This document shows positions 21,656 to 31,753 of a stretch of DNA of 64,000 nt, piece after piece. This DNA is from an uncultured Prevotellaceae bacterium (GTDB lineage: Bacteria; Bacteroidota; Bacteroidia; Bacteroidales; Muribaculaceae), in assembly GCA_937898675.1 (NCBI GenBank), contig CALEJB010000045.1:67155-131154 (forward strand), given 5' to 3'. Positions within the stretch are counted from its first letter, which is position 1. Each line of letters begins with the position of its first letter. The notes beneath the pieces were generated by a model, which had not been told where the DNA came from, did no database searches, and saw only the letters and a program-made list of their open reading frames with translations. The translations under genes and the position numbers were made by a program.

Positions 21656-22350
21656 GACAAGATGGCGGTTTCGAGATGGTTGACCAGCGGCACCATGATT
21701 TTCTCCTCAATGAAAGTGTGCTTTTTCAAGTCCTCGCTCAAACGCAGAATGTCATATACCACATCGAGCACATCCTCATCATCGACCCGAGGGGGCAGAT
21801 ACTTGAACACGATATTCAAGAGGTCGTCGAGTTTATCGTCTATGTCACTGTGATTGTGAATGAACTCGCCAATGCTGTAGGTCGTGTCACGCTCGCCGGC
21901 CATCAAGGCACGGATGTGAGGGAAAACAGCACCTTCCTCACGGGCAAAATGGGCCTCGACTTCGGCCTTGTATTCCTTGAAGAAAGTAACGAGCACGGTC
22001 CCGATGCGTTCTTCGAGCTGTCTGGCGATGATGCCGATGTGGCGCTCGATGTGCGGCAGGCGCTTGTCCACATAGTAGCGGTGTGAACGTTCCAGATAAG
22101 GCACGAGGTCGGTCATGTCGGTCCCCAATATGGTCGCAGTCGACGGCACATAATTATTAAAGGTATAGACATTGCAGATGAGCAAGAAAAAGCCCGTGTC
22201 CACCGCGCTGCTCTCGCACACGTCGGCAATCGACCTGTCGCCGAATCCCAACGACAGCCCCAGGCGCGTCAATAGCGTCAGCAACGACGGATGCGCCGTA
22301 ATCAAATCGCTCAATCGGCTTTCACTCGAAAAAAGTCGCGTTTTGTTCAT
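21652..22350 (-). CDS. Hemerythrin/RIC-like domain protein
   Basis: ScdA-like LGFGDRSIADVC N-terminus; SHRYY, HFAREE and KHTFIEEKI His/Glu motifs. Confidence 0.75.
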   Translation of the reverse strand: MNKTRLFSSESRLSDLITAHPSLLTLLTRLGLSLGFGDRSIADVCESSAVDTGFFLLICNVYTFNNYVPSTATILGTDMTDLVPYLERSHRYYVDKRLPHIERHIGIIARQLEERIGTVLVTFFKEYKAEVEAHFAREEGAVFPHIRALMAGERDTTYSIGEFIHNHSDIDDKLDDLLNIVFKYLPPRVDDEDVLDVVYDILRLSEDLKKHTFIEEKIMVPLVNHLETAILS

Positions 22351-22413
22351 AATCTATCAATTATCAGCCGCAAATTTACATAGAATTATCGGAATTCTGT
22401 GTACATTTGCCGA

Positions 22414-23634
22414 ATGAAAATCAACCAACAGACCATAGATTTTGTTCAAGAGCACCGCAATGACGATGTGAGGGCACTGGCACTTAAGGCCCACCACAAC
22501 GATGTGAACCTGTCGTGGGCGCTTGACCAAATCCAAGGTTGGCAGACAGCGCGCCGGAAACTGCCGTCATGGTCAACGGTTGACGGCATCATTTACCCGC
22601 CTCACCTGTCAATGGAACAATGCTCCAGCGAGGCGACGGCCCGCTACAAGTGCGGCATCGTTGAGTGCCTGCCCTTGTCGCAGCTGAAGACCCTGATTGA
22701 CTTGACGGGCGGATTCGGTGTTGATTTTGCATTCATGGCACAGGCATTTGAGCGGGCCATTTATGTCGAGCGGCAAGAACACCTGTGCGAAACCGCAAAG
22801 CACAACTTCGGTCTGCTGGAACTGACTCATGCACAAGTTATTCACGACGAGGCCGCAAACGTCCTCAAACGACTGGAGGGCAAAGGAATTGACGCATCCT
22901 CCACCCTGCTCTATCTGGACCCGGCTCGCCGCAACGACAACGCTTCAAGGACCTATGCCATCGAGGACTGCACGCCCAACGTCCTGGAACTCATGCCTCA
23001 ACTGCTCAAGGCTGCCCACCGCGTGTTGCTGAAGCTTTCACCAATGCTGGATTGGCACAAGGCGATAAACGATTTGGGCTGTCAGGTCAAGGAAGTGCAC
23101 ATCGTCGGCACAGCGGGGGAATGCAAGGAGCTGCTCGTGTTGCTTGAAAAATGGCACGAGGGAGAACCCGCAGTCCACTGCGTTAATGACCAAGAAATGA
23201 TTGTCTTCAAGCCGTCGGAGGAAACAATGCCAGCACCTATAGCGCCCGATGCGTCAACGGCCCAATTCCTTTATGAGCCCAACGCTTCGGTCATGAAAGC
23301 GGGATGCTTTGGCGTGATTGCGCAACGCTATGGGATATGCGCCATAGCGGCAGACAGCCATCTATTTGTCGGCGACATGATGATAGCTGATTTCCCCGGA
23401 CGGGCGTTCAGCATCACAGCGGTTTCCACCATGAACAAAAAGGAACTGCGCCGCGCGCTGGCGGGACTCGGCAAGGCCAACGTGGCAATACGCAACTTCC
23501 CCCTCACGGCCCAACAACTGCGGCGGCGGCTCAAACTGGGCGACGGCGGTGACTGCTACATCTTTGGCACTACCACCGACAGAGCAGAGCATCTGCTTTT
23601 CATCTGCCAGCGCATCGCCAAGCACACCACCTAA
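22414..23634 (+). CDS. Class I SAM-dependent methyltransferase with THUMP-like C-terminus
   Basis: SMEQCSSE, DLTGGFGVD, DPARR, KLSPMLD and YEPNASVMKAG motifs. Confidence 0.85.
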   Translation: MKINQQTIDFVQEHRNDDVRALALKAHHNDVNLSWALDQIQGWQTARRKLPSWSTVDGIIYPPHLSMEQCSSEATARYKCGIVECLPLSQLKTLIDLTGGFGVDFAFMAQAFERAIYVERQEHLCETAKHNFGLLELTHAQVIHDEAANVLKRLEGKGIDASSTLLYLDPARRNDNASRTYAIEDCTPNVLELMPQLLKAAHRVLLKLSPMLDWHKAINDLGCQVKEVHIVGTAGECKELLVLLEKWHEGEPAVHCVNDQEMIVFKPSEETMPAPIAPDASTAQFLYEPNASVMKAGCFGVIAQRYGICAIAADSHLFVGDMMIADFPGRAFSITAVSTMNKKELRRALAGLGKANVAIRNFPLTAQQLRRRLKLGDGGDCYIFGTTTDRAEHLLFICQRIAKHTT

Positions 23635-23691
23635 ACAACAGAGTAACGGCAAAGAAAAAGCCCTCACCGGTGTGGTGAAGGCTCTTCGTTG

Positions 23692-23764
23692 TAGAGAAAC
23701 AGGGACTCGAACCCTGGTTTCCGCCGTGAGAGGGCGGCGTCCTAGACCGCTAGACGATATCTCC
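23692..23764 (-). tRNA. tRNA-Glu (anticodon CTC)
   Basis: Minus strand GGAGATATCGTCTAGCGGTCTAGGACGCCGCCCTCTCACGGCGGAAACCAGGGTTCGAGTCCCTGTTTCTCTA forms a cloverleaf with a CCGCC/GGCGG anticodon stem and TTCGA T-loop. CCA is not encoded. Confidence 0.93.
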
Positions 23765-23964
23765 GTTCTAATGCGATGCAAAATTACTACTATTTTTTGA
23801 ACTGACAAATTTTTTGGAGCATTTTTTTCAAAAAAAGACGATTTTTCTTGATTTCGGCGATTTTTAGAGGGTTTTCACACCGAGAAAAAGGCTTGTTTGA
23901 GTTTTTTTGTGTAACTTAGCGACATCAATAGAAACATCAACTTTTGACTATTACATTATTAATT

Positions 23965-24297
23965 ATGGCAAACAAAAGACAAATCAAGAAAGCGATTCAG
24001 AATGCCTGCGGCGAAATCGTGGGTGAGTGCATTTTGTCGGAGTCGGCATTCGGCGAGGGCAAGTATGAGGAGTGGGACAGCATCATCATCGACACCGCCC
24101 TGCTTCAGCAAGAGGCTGTGAACAGGGTGAACAACCGCTTTGGCAAGCAGATTAAGGACTATGCCACCCCCAAAGAGTACAGGAAGGCCCGCCGCTCATT
24201 CTTCAAGCAGTGCGAGAAGGAACTGAGCGACTATTTCAAGGGCGAGGTGACCAATATTGCCAAGCGCATGAACGACCTCATGCCCAAGAAGCAATAA
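23965..24297 (+). CDS. Hypothetical protein
   Basis: Clean ORF MANKRQIKK with an AT-rich leader and host-like codon usage. Confidence 0.75.
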   Translation: MANKRQIKKAIQNACGEIVGECILSESAFGEGKYEEWDSIIIDTALLQQEAVNRVNNRFGKQIKDYATPKEYRKARRSFFKQCEKELSDYFKGEVTNIAKRMNDLMPKKQ

Positions 24298-24378
24298 CAA
24301 CCATAATCTCATCAAGCAACATGAACGGCAGGGCTTGAAAATGCTGTCCATGTTGCTTGGTTTACCCATCCCTGCAAC

Positions 24379-24924
24379 ATGAGCCTGTCTGGTTGGATAT
24401 TGAAAAAAGCCGGTTGGACATTCAAGGTCAACATGGAGTTGCCCAAGAAGTGCGTCATCATCATTGCGCCACACACCAGCAACTGGGACTTCGTCCTGGG
24501 CGAATTGGCCATCCATTCGGTGGGCATCAAAGCCGGATTCCTGATGAAAGACTCCTGGTTTTTCTTCCCGATAGGCAACATACTGAAAGCGCTGGGCGGA
24601 ATCCCCGTCAACCGCCGTCAGCACACCAATCTGACAAAATCTATCGTCAAAGCCTTCAACGATGCCGACACGCTTGCCATCGGCATCACTCCCGAAGGGG
24701 CCCGCGGCCCATGCGAACGCTGGCACAAAGGAGCATTATTCATTGCCAAAGAAGCCAAAGTGCCGCTTGTGCTCGCCTACTTTGACTACGGCAAGCGCGA
24801 GGCGTGCATTGACCGTGAGTTTGCGCAAAGCAATGACCCCGAAGCCGACATGGTGCGCATCAAGCAGTATTATCAAGGCATTACAGCAAAGTATCCCAAA
24901 AACTTTGTCACAGGGCTCAAGTGA
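24379..24924 (+). CDS. 1-acyl-sn-glycerol-3-phosphate acyltransferase family
   Basis: PHTSNWD (HX4D) and TPEG motifs. Confidence 0.9.
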   Translation: MSLSGWILKKAGWTFKVNMELPKKCVIIIAPHTSNWDFVLGELAIHSVGIKAGFLMKDSWFFFPIGNILKALGGIPVNRRQHTNLTKSIVKAFNDADTLAIGITPEGARGPCERWHKGALFIAKEAKVPLVLAYFDYGKREACIDREFAQSNDPEADMVRIKQYYQGITAKYPKNFVTGLK

Positions 24925-24962
24925 ACAAGAACAATTACATCTAAACCCAAACCTGACAAGAG

Positions 24963-25763
24963 ATGATTTCACGCAACCTGCGCGTCACGCTCATTGAAGA
25001 CGACATCGTCTGGGGCGACCGTGACGCCAATCTCAAACAACTGGAACGCAACCTGCGCAACATGGCCGAGGACACCGACCTGGTCGTGTTGCCCGAACTG
25101 TTCACGACAGGATTCATCACCGGTGACCGCGAAAAAGCCGCCGCAGTTGCCGAGTGGAACAGCGGCGACACACTGCACAGCCTCAGGAGGCTCGCCGCCG
25201 ACTATCATGTGGGTATCATCGGCAGTTTCCTGGCCAACACTGCTGCGCAACTGTATAACCGCGCATTCTTTATCGAGCCTAACGGAGAAGAGACCTACTA
25301 CGACAAGCGCCACCTCTTTACATTTGGCGGCGAGGACAAGGTCTTTAACCCGGGCATAACGGCTGCGCCCATCGTGAGGTTCAGGGGATTCAACATCAAA
25401 GTGGTGGTGTGCTACGACCTGCGCTTCCCCGTCTTTTGCCGCAACGTCAACAACAACTATGATGTGCTTGTTGTGATTGCCAACTGGCCCAAGTCGCGTG
25501 AAAAAGTGTGGCGCACGCTGCTTGCCGCGCGCGCGATGGAAAACCAGTGCTATGTGTGCGGCGTAAACCGCTGCGGCACCGACCCCGCCGGTGTGGAATA
25601 CCCCGAAGGCTCATCGCTGGTCATTGACTTCAAGGGAAAAGTCGTCGCCCAGCGCATGACGAGCCCCATCATCACAGCAGACCTGTCTCCCGCACAGTTG
25701 GCACAATTCAGGGAGCGGTTCCCCGCATGGCGCGATGCCGACCCGTTCACGCTCAACATCTAA
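24963..25763 (+). CDS. Nitrilase-family amidohydrolase (YafV-like omega-amidase)
   Basis: LPELF, YDKRHLF and CYDLRFP catalytic E-K-C motifs. Confidence 0.9.
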   Translation: MISRNLRVTLIEDDIVWGDRDANLKQLERNLRNMAEDTDLVVLPELFTTGFITGDREKAAAVAEWNSGDTLHSLRRLAADYHVGIIGSFLANTAAQLYNRAFFIEPNGEETYYDKRHLFTFGGEDKVFNPGITAAPIVRFRGFNIKVVVCYDLRFPVFCRNVNNNYDVLVVIANWPKSREKVWRTLLAARAMENQCYVCGVNRCGTDPAGVEYPEGSSLVIDFKGKVVAQRMTSPIITADLSPAQLAQFRERFPAWRDADPFTLNI

Positions 25764-25784
25764 ACGATTGTCCCGGCCTGTGTC

Positions 25785-27623
25785 ATGCCCAAGCCACTCG
25801 GCATAGAACTCCTTGCGCCCGCACGCGACGCCGACATCGCCATTGCCGCCATCGACCATGGCGCCGACGCCGTGTATATGGGGGCCTCACACCACGGCGC
25901 CCGCGCCGATGCCGCCAACAGCCTTGACGACGTGAGACGCGCGTGCGATTATGCCCACCTGTTCGGTGCCCGCATCTATGCCACGGTCAACACATTGATA
26001 TATGACAACGAGTTAAAGGAAGTGGAGCGACTGGTGCTCCAACTGTATGATGCCGGCGTGGATGCGCTCATCGTGCAAGACATGGCATTGCTGCGCATGG
26101 ACCTGCCGCCCATTGCCCTGCACGCCAGCACACAATGCGACCTGCGCACCCCCGAAAAAGCGCGCTTTCTCGAAGCACTGGGGTTCTCGCAACTGGTCAT
26201 GGCCCGCGAGCTCACGTTAGACGAGATTGCGTCGATCAGGCAAGCCACACAAGTGCCGCTTGAAGCATTTGTCCACGGGGCGCTGTGCGTGAGCTACAGC
26301 GGCCGTTGTGCCCTCAGTCAAGCACTCAAGGGCCGCAGCGCCAACCGCGGCGAGTGCGCGCAATTGTGCCGACTGCCATACGACCTGGTTGACAGCAACG
26401 GTCACACACTCGTTGCGGGAAAGCATCTGCTGTCGCTGCGCGACATGGCGCGCGCCGACCGCATTGAGCAGATGATTGCGGCCGGAGTGTCATCATTCAA
26501 GATAGAGGGACGGTTGAAGGATGCAGGATATGTAAAGAATGTGGTGGCCTATTATCGCCGGGCCATAGACAAAGTCATTGCCCTGCAACCGGACAAATAC
26601 CGCCGCGCATCATTTGGAACAAGCGAGTTCACATTTGAGCCTGCGCTTGAAAAAAGTTTCAACCGCGGCTTTACACGGTACTTCCTTGATGAGCGCCACC
26701 CCGGCGAAGGCAACGGCATGGCATCAATCGACACGCCCAAGTCACAGGGCGAATACTTGGGCCGTGCTGTGCGGTGCAACGGCAATGCGCTGACCATCGA
26801 CACAACAGCACAACTGGCCAACGGCGACGGCCTGAGTTTTACCGGCAGGCAAGGAAATTTCTCGGGTGCTCGCGTCAACCGTGCATTGGGCCGCGGCAGC
26901 GTGCTCCTGCGTGAACCCGTGGAAATCACACGTGGAACCGCCATTTACCGCACTGCCGACAAGGCATTCAACGACTTGCTGACCAAACAATCAGCCACAC
27001 GCGCCATCGGCCTCAACGCCTGGTTGCGCTACACCAGCGGCATGCTGGCACTCACGCTTGAAGATGAACGCGGGATTAAAGCCACTCACGCCGAGCCTTG
27101 CGCACTGGATGCAGCAGCCAAGCCTCAAGCCGAACGGCAAATTTCAGAACTTGGCAAACTGGGCGGCACCGTTTACCGCCTGTGCAATGCCGAAGTCGCC
27201 GGAGGAACTTTCATTCCCGCGTCGCTGCTTGCCAAACTGCGCCGCGACACCATCGCACTGCTGGACCGCACATGGCGCCTGACGCGCCCAACCGAAAAAC
27301 GCTTGCCCGAGGACAAGAGCGCCGCCAGCCCGGCCACCACCCTATTGCCTGCAGACAACGTTGCCAATCATGTGGCTGCGCAACTGTATCAAGACCATGG
27401 CGTGACCGGCATCACACCCGCCATCGAGGCCGACACCGCAATCACCGCCCAAACGCCGCTCATGCACACACGCTACTGCCTGCGGCGCGAGCTGGGAGCA
27501 TGCCTCAAAGGGGGAAACGCCAAACGACTCGGGCGGGAACTGTTCCTCAAAACAGGCAACACGTTGCTACAAGTAAACTGTGACTGCAGCAAGTGTGAAA
27601 TGATTATCACCCGCGCTGAATAA
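25785..27623 (+). CDS. U32 family protein, RlhA-like rRNA hydroxylase
   Basis: ELLAPA, HASTQ, HGALCVSYSGRC, RGECAQLCR and KIEGR motifs; long C-terminal domain. Confidence 0.85.
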   Translation: MPKPLGIELLAPARDADIAIAAIDHGADAVYMGASHHGARADAANSLDDVRRACDYAHLFGARIYATVNTLIYDNELKEVERLVLQLYDAGVDALIVQDMALLRMDLPPIALHASTQCDLRTPEKARFLEALGFSQLVMARELTLDEIASIRQATQVPLEAFVHGALCVSYSGRCALSQALKGRSANRGECAQLCRLPYDLVDSNGHTLVAGKHLLSLRDMARADRIEQMIAAGVSSFKIEGRLKDAGYVKNVVAYYRRAIDKVIALQPDKYRRASFGTSEFTFEPALEKSFNRGFTRYFLDERHPGEGNGMASIDTPKSQGEYLGRAVRCNGNALTIDTTAQLANGDGLSFTGRQGNFSGARVNRALGRGSVLLREPVEITRGTAIYRTADKAFNDLLTKQSATRAIGLNAWLRYTSGMLALTLEDERGIKATHAEPCALDAAAKPQAERQISELGKLGGTVYRLCNAEVAGGTFIPASLLAKLRRDTIALLDRTWRLTRPTEKRLPEDKSAASPATTLLPADNVANHVAAQLYQDHGVTGITPAIEADTAITAQTPLMHTRYCLRRELGACLKGGNAKRLGRELFLKTGNTLLQVNCDCSKCEMIITRAE

Positions 27624-27699
27624 AAAGACCAGACCAATCATCGACCAATACAAGAAACAGACGATTCCATTGTCACCAAAGAGCAGAGAAAAAGAAAAA

Positions 27700-28500
27700 G
27701 TGGAAAAGATTCATTTCGTGAAAATGCACGGAGCAGGCAATGACTACATCTTTGTCGATACTGCACTCCACCCCATTCCCGACCCGGCAGCAGCCGCCCG
27801 GGCATGGAGCGACCGCCATAGGGGCATCGGCAGCGACGGGCTGGTGCTCATCGGCCGCCCGGAACAGGGCGAAGATGCCGACCTGACGATGCGGATATTC
27901 AACGCCGACGGCAGCGAGGGCCTGATGTGCGGCAACGCATGCCGCTGCATCGGCAAATATGCCTATGAACATGGGCTGACGGAGAAGACAGAGATCAGAC
28001 TGAAGACGGCATCGGGCATCAGGACGCTCACGATGAAGGTGAAGGCCATGGGCACGGTGGACGAAGTGACGGTGGACATGGGCGCCCCGGGGCTTGACAA
28101 GGACAACAGGGACGAATACGGAACTTTCGTGTCGATGGGGAATCCTCACTATGTCGTTTTTGCAGATGACATTGAAGCCGTGGATGCGGCATGTGAAGGC
28201 TTCCGGCTGGAGTATCTTGCCCGCCCCGGCGAACGCTGCAATATCGAGTTTGCCCAGATGCTGGGCGAAGACCGCATCCGCATGCGAGTGTGGGAACGGG
28301 GCAGCGGCCTGACAATGGCCTGCGGCACCGGAGCATGCGCCACAGCGGTGGCGGCAGTCATCAGCCACCGATGTCATAGGCAGGCACAAGTGGTGATGGA
28401 CGGAGGCACCGTGAGCATTGAATGGTGCGAAAGCAACGGGCACGTCTATCTCACCGGAGGGGCGGCACTCGCCTTTGAAGGCGAGGCGGAGTTGCCATAG
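27700..28500 (+). CDS. dapF: Diaminopimelate epimerase
   Basis: KMHGAGNDY, MCGN, SMGNPH and ERGSGLTMACGTGA. Start codon uncertain (GTG 27700). Confidence 0.93.
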   Translation: MEKIHFVKMHGAGNDYIFVDTALHPIPDPAAAARAWSDRHRGIGSDGLVLIGRPEQGEDADLTMRIFNADGSEGLMCGNACRCIGKYAYEHGLTEKTEIRLKTASGIRTLTMKVKAMGTVDEVTVDMGAPGLDKDNRDEYGTFVSMGNPHYVVFADDIEAVDAACEGFRLEYLARPGERCNIEFAQMLGEDRIRMRVWERGSGLTMACGTGACATAVAAVISHRCHRQAQVVMDGGTVSIEWCESNGHVYLTGGAALAFEGEAELP

Positions 28501-28584
28501 CACTTGACACAAGCCAGCAGCCAGTACAAAACAAATCGGGCGCAGAATTCTGCTCCCGATTATCATTATCTCATTATTTACCTC

Positions 28585-29970
28585 TTAGCAGAGCGACAGC
28601 ACGATTTGCTTCACGTCCTCGCCCAGTTTCTCGGCCTGTTCCATAGAGTGGGCCTCGCTGTAGATGCGGATGATGGGCTCGGTGTTGCTCTTGCGCAGGT
28701 GCACCCATCCGTCGGCAAAGTCAATCTTGACGCCGTCGATGGTGGTCATCTGCTCGCCAGCATAGTGACGCTCGACGGCCTTGAGAATGCCGTCAACGTC
28801 CATGCCAGGCTTGAGTTCAAGTTTGGTCTTGGCGATGCTGTACTTGGGATAGGTCTGCTTGAGCTGGCTCACCTTCATGCCGCTGCGTGCCAACAGCGAA
28901 AGGAACAGCGCCACGCCCACGAGGGCATCGCGGCCATAGTGGCTGGCGGGATAGATGACGCCGCCGTTGCCCTCACCGCCAATGACAGCGCCCGTGCGAC
29001 GCATCTCGGTGGTGACATTGACCTCGCCCACAGCGGCAGCCGTGTAAGAGCAGCCGTGCTTGACGGTCACATCGCGCAACGCGCGCGACGACGACAGGTT
29101 GCTCACCGTGGCGCCAGGGGTGTGCTGGAGCACATAGTCGGCCACGGCGACGAGGGTGTATTCCTCGACAAAGAACTCGCCATTTTCCATCACGATGGCC
29201 AGGCGGTCCACATCGGGGTCAACGACAAAGCCGACATCGGCCTTGCCCTTGCGCATGAAGTCGCTGATGGCGGTCAGGTTGCCGGGAATGGGCTCGGGGG
29301 TGTGACCGAAGTTGCCCGTGGGGTCACAGAAGAGTTTTTCGACACGCTTGACACCCAACGCCTCCAACAGTTTGGGGATAGCGATGCCGCCGACCGAATT
29401 GACAGCATCGACAGCAACAGTGAAGTCGGCCTTGCGGATAGCCTCAACATCGACGAGGTCGAGCGCCAGCACCTGGGCGATGTGCCGGTTGAGCCAAGTG
29501 TAGTTCTTCATCTCGCGGCCCAGATGGTCCACGTCGGCATAGTCAAAGTCCTCGGCCTCGGCAATGCGCAGCACCTCTTTGCCCTGGGCATCGGTGAGAA
29601 ACTCGCCGTTGTGGTTGAGCAGTTTGAGGGCGTTCCACTGCTTGGGATTGTGTGAAGCGGTGATGATGATGCCGCCGCAAGCATGCTCGCCGATAACGGC
29701 AAGCTCGGTGGTGGGCGTGGTGGCGAGGCCAATGTTGACCACATCTAAACCCATGCCCGTGAGCGTGCCGACAACGGTATTCAGCACCATGCGTCCCGAG
29801 AGGCGCGCGTCGCGTCCCACGACAATGGTGTTGGAGTTGACGGGCGAATTGCGGCGCATAAACGTAGCGTAAGCCGAAGTGAACTTGACAATATCAAGCG
29901 GCGAAAGTCCATCGCCGGCCTTGCCGCCGATGGTGCCGCGGATTCCTGAGATTGACTTAATGAGTGACAT
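28585..29970 (-). CDS. glmM: Phosphoglucosamine mutase / phosphohexomutase
   Basis: SISGIRG, TASHNP, DPDVDR and GGEGNGG motifs. Confidence 0.88.
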   Translation of the reverse strand: MSLIKSISGIRGTIGGKAGDGLSPLDIVKFTSAYATFMRRNSPVNSNTIVVGRDARLSGRMVLNTVVGTLTGMGLDVVNIGLATTPTTELAVIGEHACGGIIITASHNPKQWNALKLLNHNGEFLTDAQGKEVLRIAEAEDFDYADVDHLGREMKNYTWLNRHIAQVLALDLVDVEAIRKADFTVAVDAVNSVGGIAIPKLLEALGVKRVEKLFCDPTGNFGHTPEPIPGNLTAISDFMRKGKADVGFVVDPDVDRLAIVMENGEFFVEEYTLVAVADYVLQHTPGATVSNLSSSRALRDVTVKHGCSYTAAAVGEVNVTTEMRRTGAVIGGEGNGGVIYPASHYGRDALVGVALFLSLLARSGMKVSQLKQTYPKYSIAKTKLELKPGMDVDGILKAVERHYAGEQMTTIDGVKIDFADGWVHLRKSNTEPIIRIYSEAHSMEQAEKLGEDVKQIVLSLC

Positions 29971-29981
29971 ATTATCCCTAA

Positions 29982-30563
29982 TTAAATTTGGCTGTGGTAG
30001 TAACGCACATGGTAGAAAAACGGCGTCACATAAGAAATCTCGTTAGAGAAACCATACTGCGACTTGATGACAAGATTGACCTCACACTCCACCCCGAGAA
30101 ACAGCAACGGGTACTGCAGCCCGTATCCCCACTGCGAAGATGACGGCAGGGAATAGTCGGCAAAGTTGAAGGAGCAAGCCGGAGCATCCATCGAGTTCTC
30201 ATTGCCGCTATACTGAGTCCAAGTGCCATCGGCATACCAAGTGGAAAGGTTGTAGCGGGCATAGCGGAAGTAGATGGGCTCGCCCGTCTTGGCCTTGTCG
30301 GACCGGTCGCCGGCCTTGAGGACCTGCATATAGATGTTACCATCCTCATCGAGGCGATAATAGGGGGCATCCTCACCAATCAAGAACACCGAATCCTCGG
30401 GAATCGACATCACCACCTTTTGGTCGGCAAGAAAAGCATTGACGGCATTGCGCTCACTGTTCAACAAGTCGGCATAGCTCTCGTCATCGTTACAGGCCGA
30501 GAGCGCCAACAGCGCCGACAGGCCCAGCAAGGCAAATACACCCTTAATAATTCTGTTAGTCAT
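29982..30563 (-). CDS. DUF4827-like lipoprotein
   Basis: Lipobox LSAC followed by acidic NDDE; sits between the DHH protein and glmM as in other Bacteroidales. Confidence 0.7.
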   Translation of the reverse strand: MTNRIIKGVFALLGLSALLALSACNDDESYADLLNSERNAVNAFLADQKVVMSIPEDSVFLIGEDAPYYRLDEDGNIYMQVLKAGDRSDKAKTGEPIYFRYARYNLSTWYADGTWTQYSGNENSMDAPACSFNFADYSLPSSSQWGYGLQYPLLFLGVECEVNLVIKSQYGFSNEISYVTPFFYHVRYYHSQI

Positions 30564-31638
30564 TGTCTGTTTCAATCGTTATAGTCGTTTGTTGTCTGTT
30601 ATCATCTCTATCCAGCGGCACATTGGGGAAAAAGTCGGCAAGCACTTGATAGAACGTGGCCACCGCTTCGTCGAGCATGCCAAAGAAATCGCCGCCGGCG
30701 GCATTCTTGTGCCCGCCGCCATTGAAATATTTAGCACAAATATCGCTCACCGAGAAATCGCCCTGGCTACGGCACGACACCTTGATTTTGTCAGCGTCCT
30801 CACGCATGAACACGCTCCAGTAGACTTCGGGGATGGCGAGGGGCTTGTTGACGAGCGACTCGGTGTCGCCCCGGTTGTAGTGGAAACGCTCGAGTTCCTC
30901 CTTGTCGAGCACGATGAGCGACGCCCCGTGCCCGGGAAAGAGTTTCATCTTCTCGGAGATGGCATAGCCTTGCAGCCTGAGGCTGTCGGCGCTAAAGGTG
31001 TTCAAGGCAAGGTTATACAGCTTGACCCGGTCGAAACGGCGTCGCATGATGCTAGCCAGCACCTCATAGAACTCGGGATTGTCACAACTGAAAGCAAAGC
31101 CGCCAGTATCGGTCAGCAGTCCCACATAGAGGCAACTCGCAGCCCGGCGGTCCATCCACTTCAACATGCCCAACTGCATGAGCACCCTGAACACCAGTTC
31201 ACAGGTCGAAGACATCTCGGGATGGGAAATCATCACATCAAAGACATTGTCGGGGTCGAGGTGATGATCGATGAGTATGCGCTTGGCGCTGAGCGAATCA
31301 ATGATTTCTCCCAGGGTGTCGATGCGCCTTAGAGTGTTGAAATCAAGGCAAAAAATAAGTTGAGCATCGGCCAACACCTTGCGGGCCCGCAGCTCGTGCT
31401 TGGTGAATACCGCGATGTTGCGCACGCCGGGAATGAAGTTCAACGCCTTGGGGGGCATATCGGGAGTGACCACTGTGGCGTCCTTGCCCAGACGCTGGAG
31501 TATGTGGCACAGCGCAAGGGTCGAGCCCAAAGCGTCGCCGTCGGGCGACTTGTGGCAAGTGATAACAATGCGCTGGGCACCGTTAATGAGCGCCCGCACC
31601 TGCTCAATCGCGTTATTATCAATAATGGGACTAATCAT
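30556..31638 (-). CDS. nrnA: DHH family phosphoesterase (NrnA-like)
   Basis: HKSPDGDALGS, IDHH, TDTG and GGGHKNAAG motifs. Confidence 0.88.
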   Translation of the reverse strand: MISPIIDNNAIEQVRALINGAQRIVITCHKSPDGDALGSTLALCHILQRLGKDATVVTPDMPPKALNFIPGVRNIAVFTKHELRARKVLADAQLIFCLDFNTLRRIDTLGEIIDSLSAKRILIDHHLDPDNVFDVMISHPEMSSTCELVFRVLMQLGMLKWMDRRAASCLYVGLLTDTGGFAFSCDNPEFYEVLASIMRRRFDRVKLYNLALNTFSADSLRLQGYAISEKMKLFPGHGASLIVLDKEELERFHYNRGDTESLVNKPLAIPEVYWSVFMREDADKIKVSCRSQGDFSVSDICAKYFNGGGHKNAAGGDFFGMLDEAVATFYQVLADFFPNVPLDRDDNRQQTTITIETDND

Positions 31639-31753
31639 TGCTGCTATATACTCGCATTAATCGGCAAAGTTACAAAAATTCCTCCACCCGACGAACAACC
31701 TCAGGATTAATTTTAGTTAATGAGAATGCAATGGCCCAAAGAAGGGAATGCCG

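Noticed and set aside
23640..23960. Integrative element at the tRNA-Glu
   Set aside because: No integrase and no duplicated tRNA 3' end seen; flanks are housekeeping genes.
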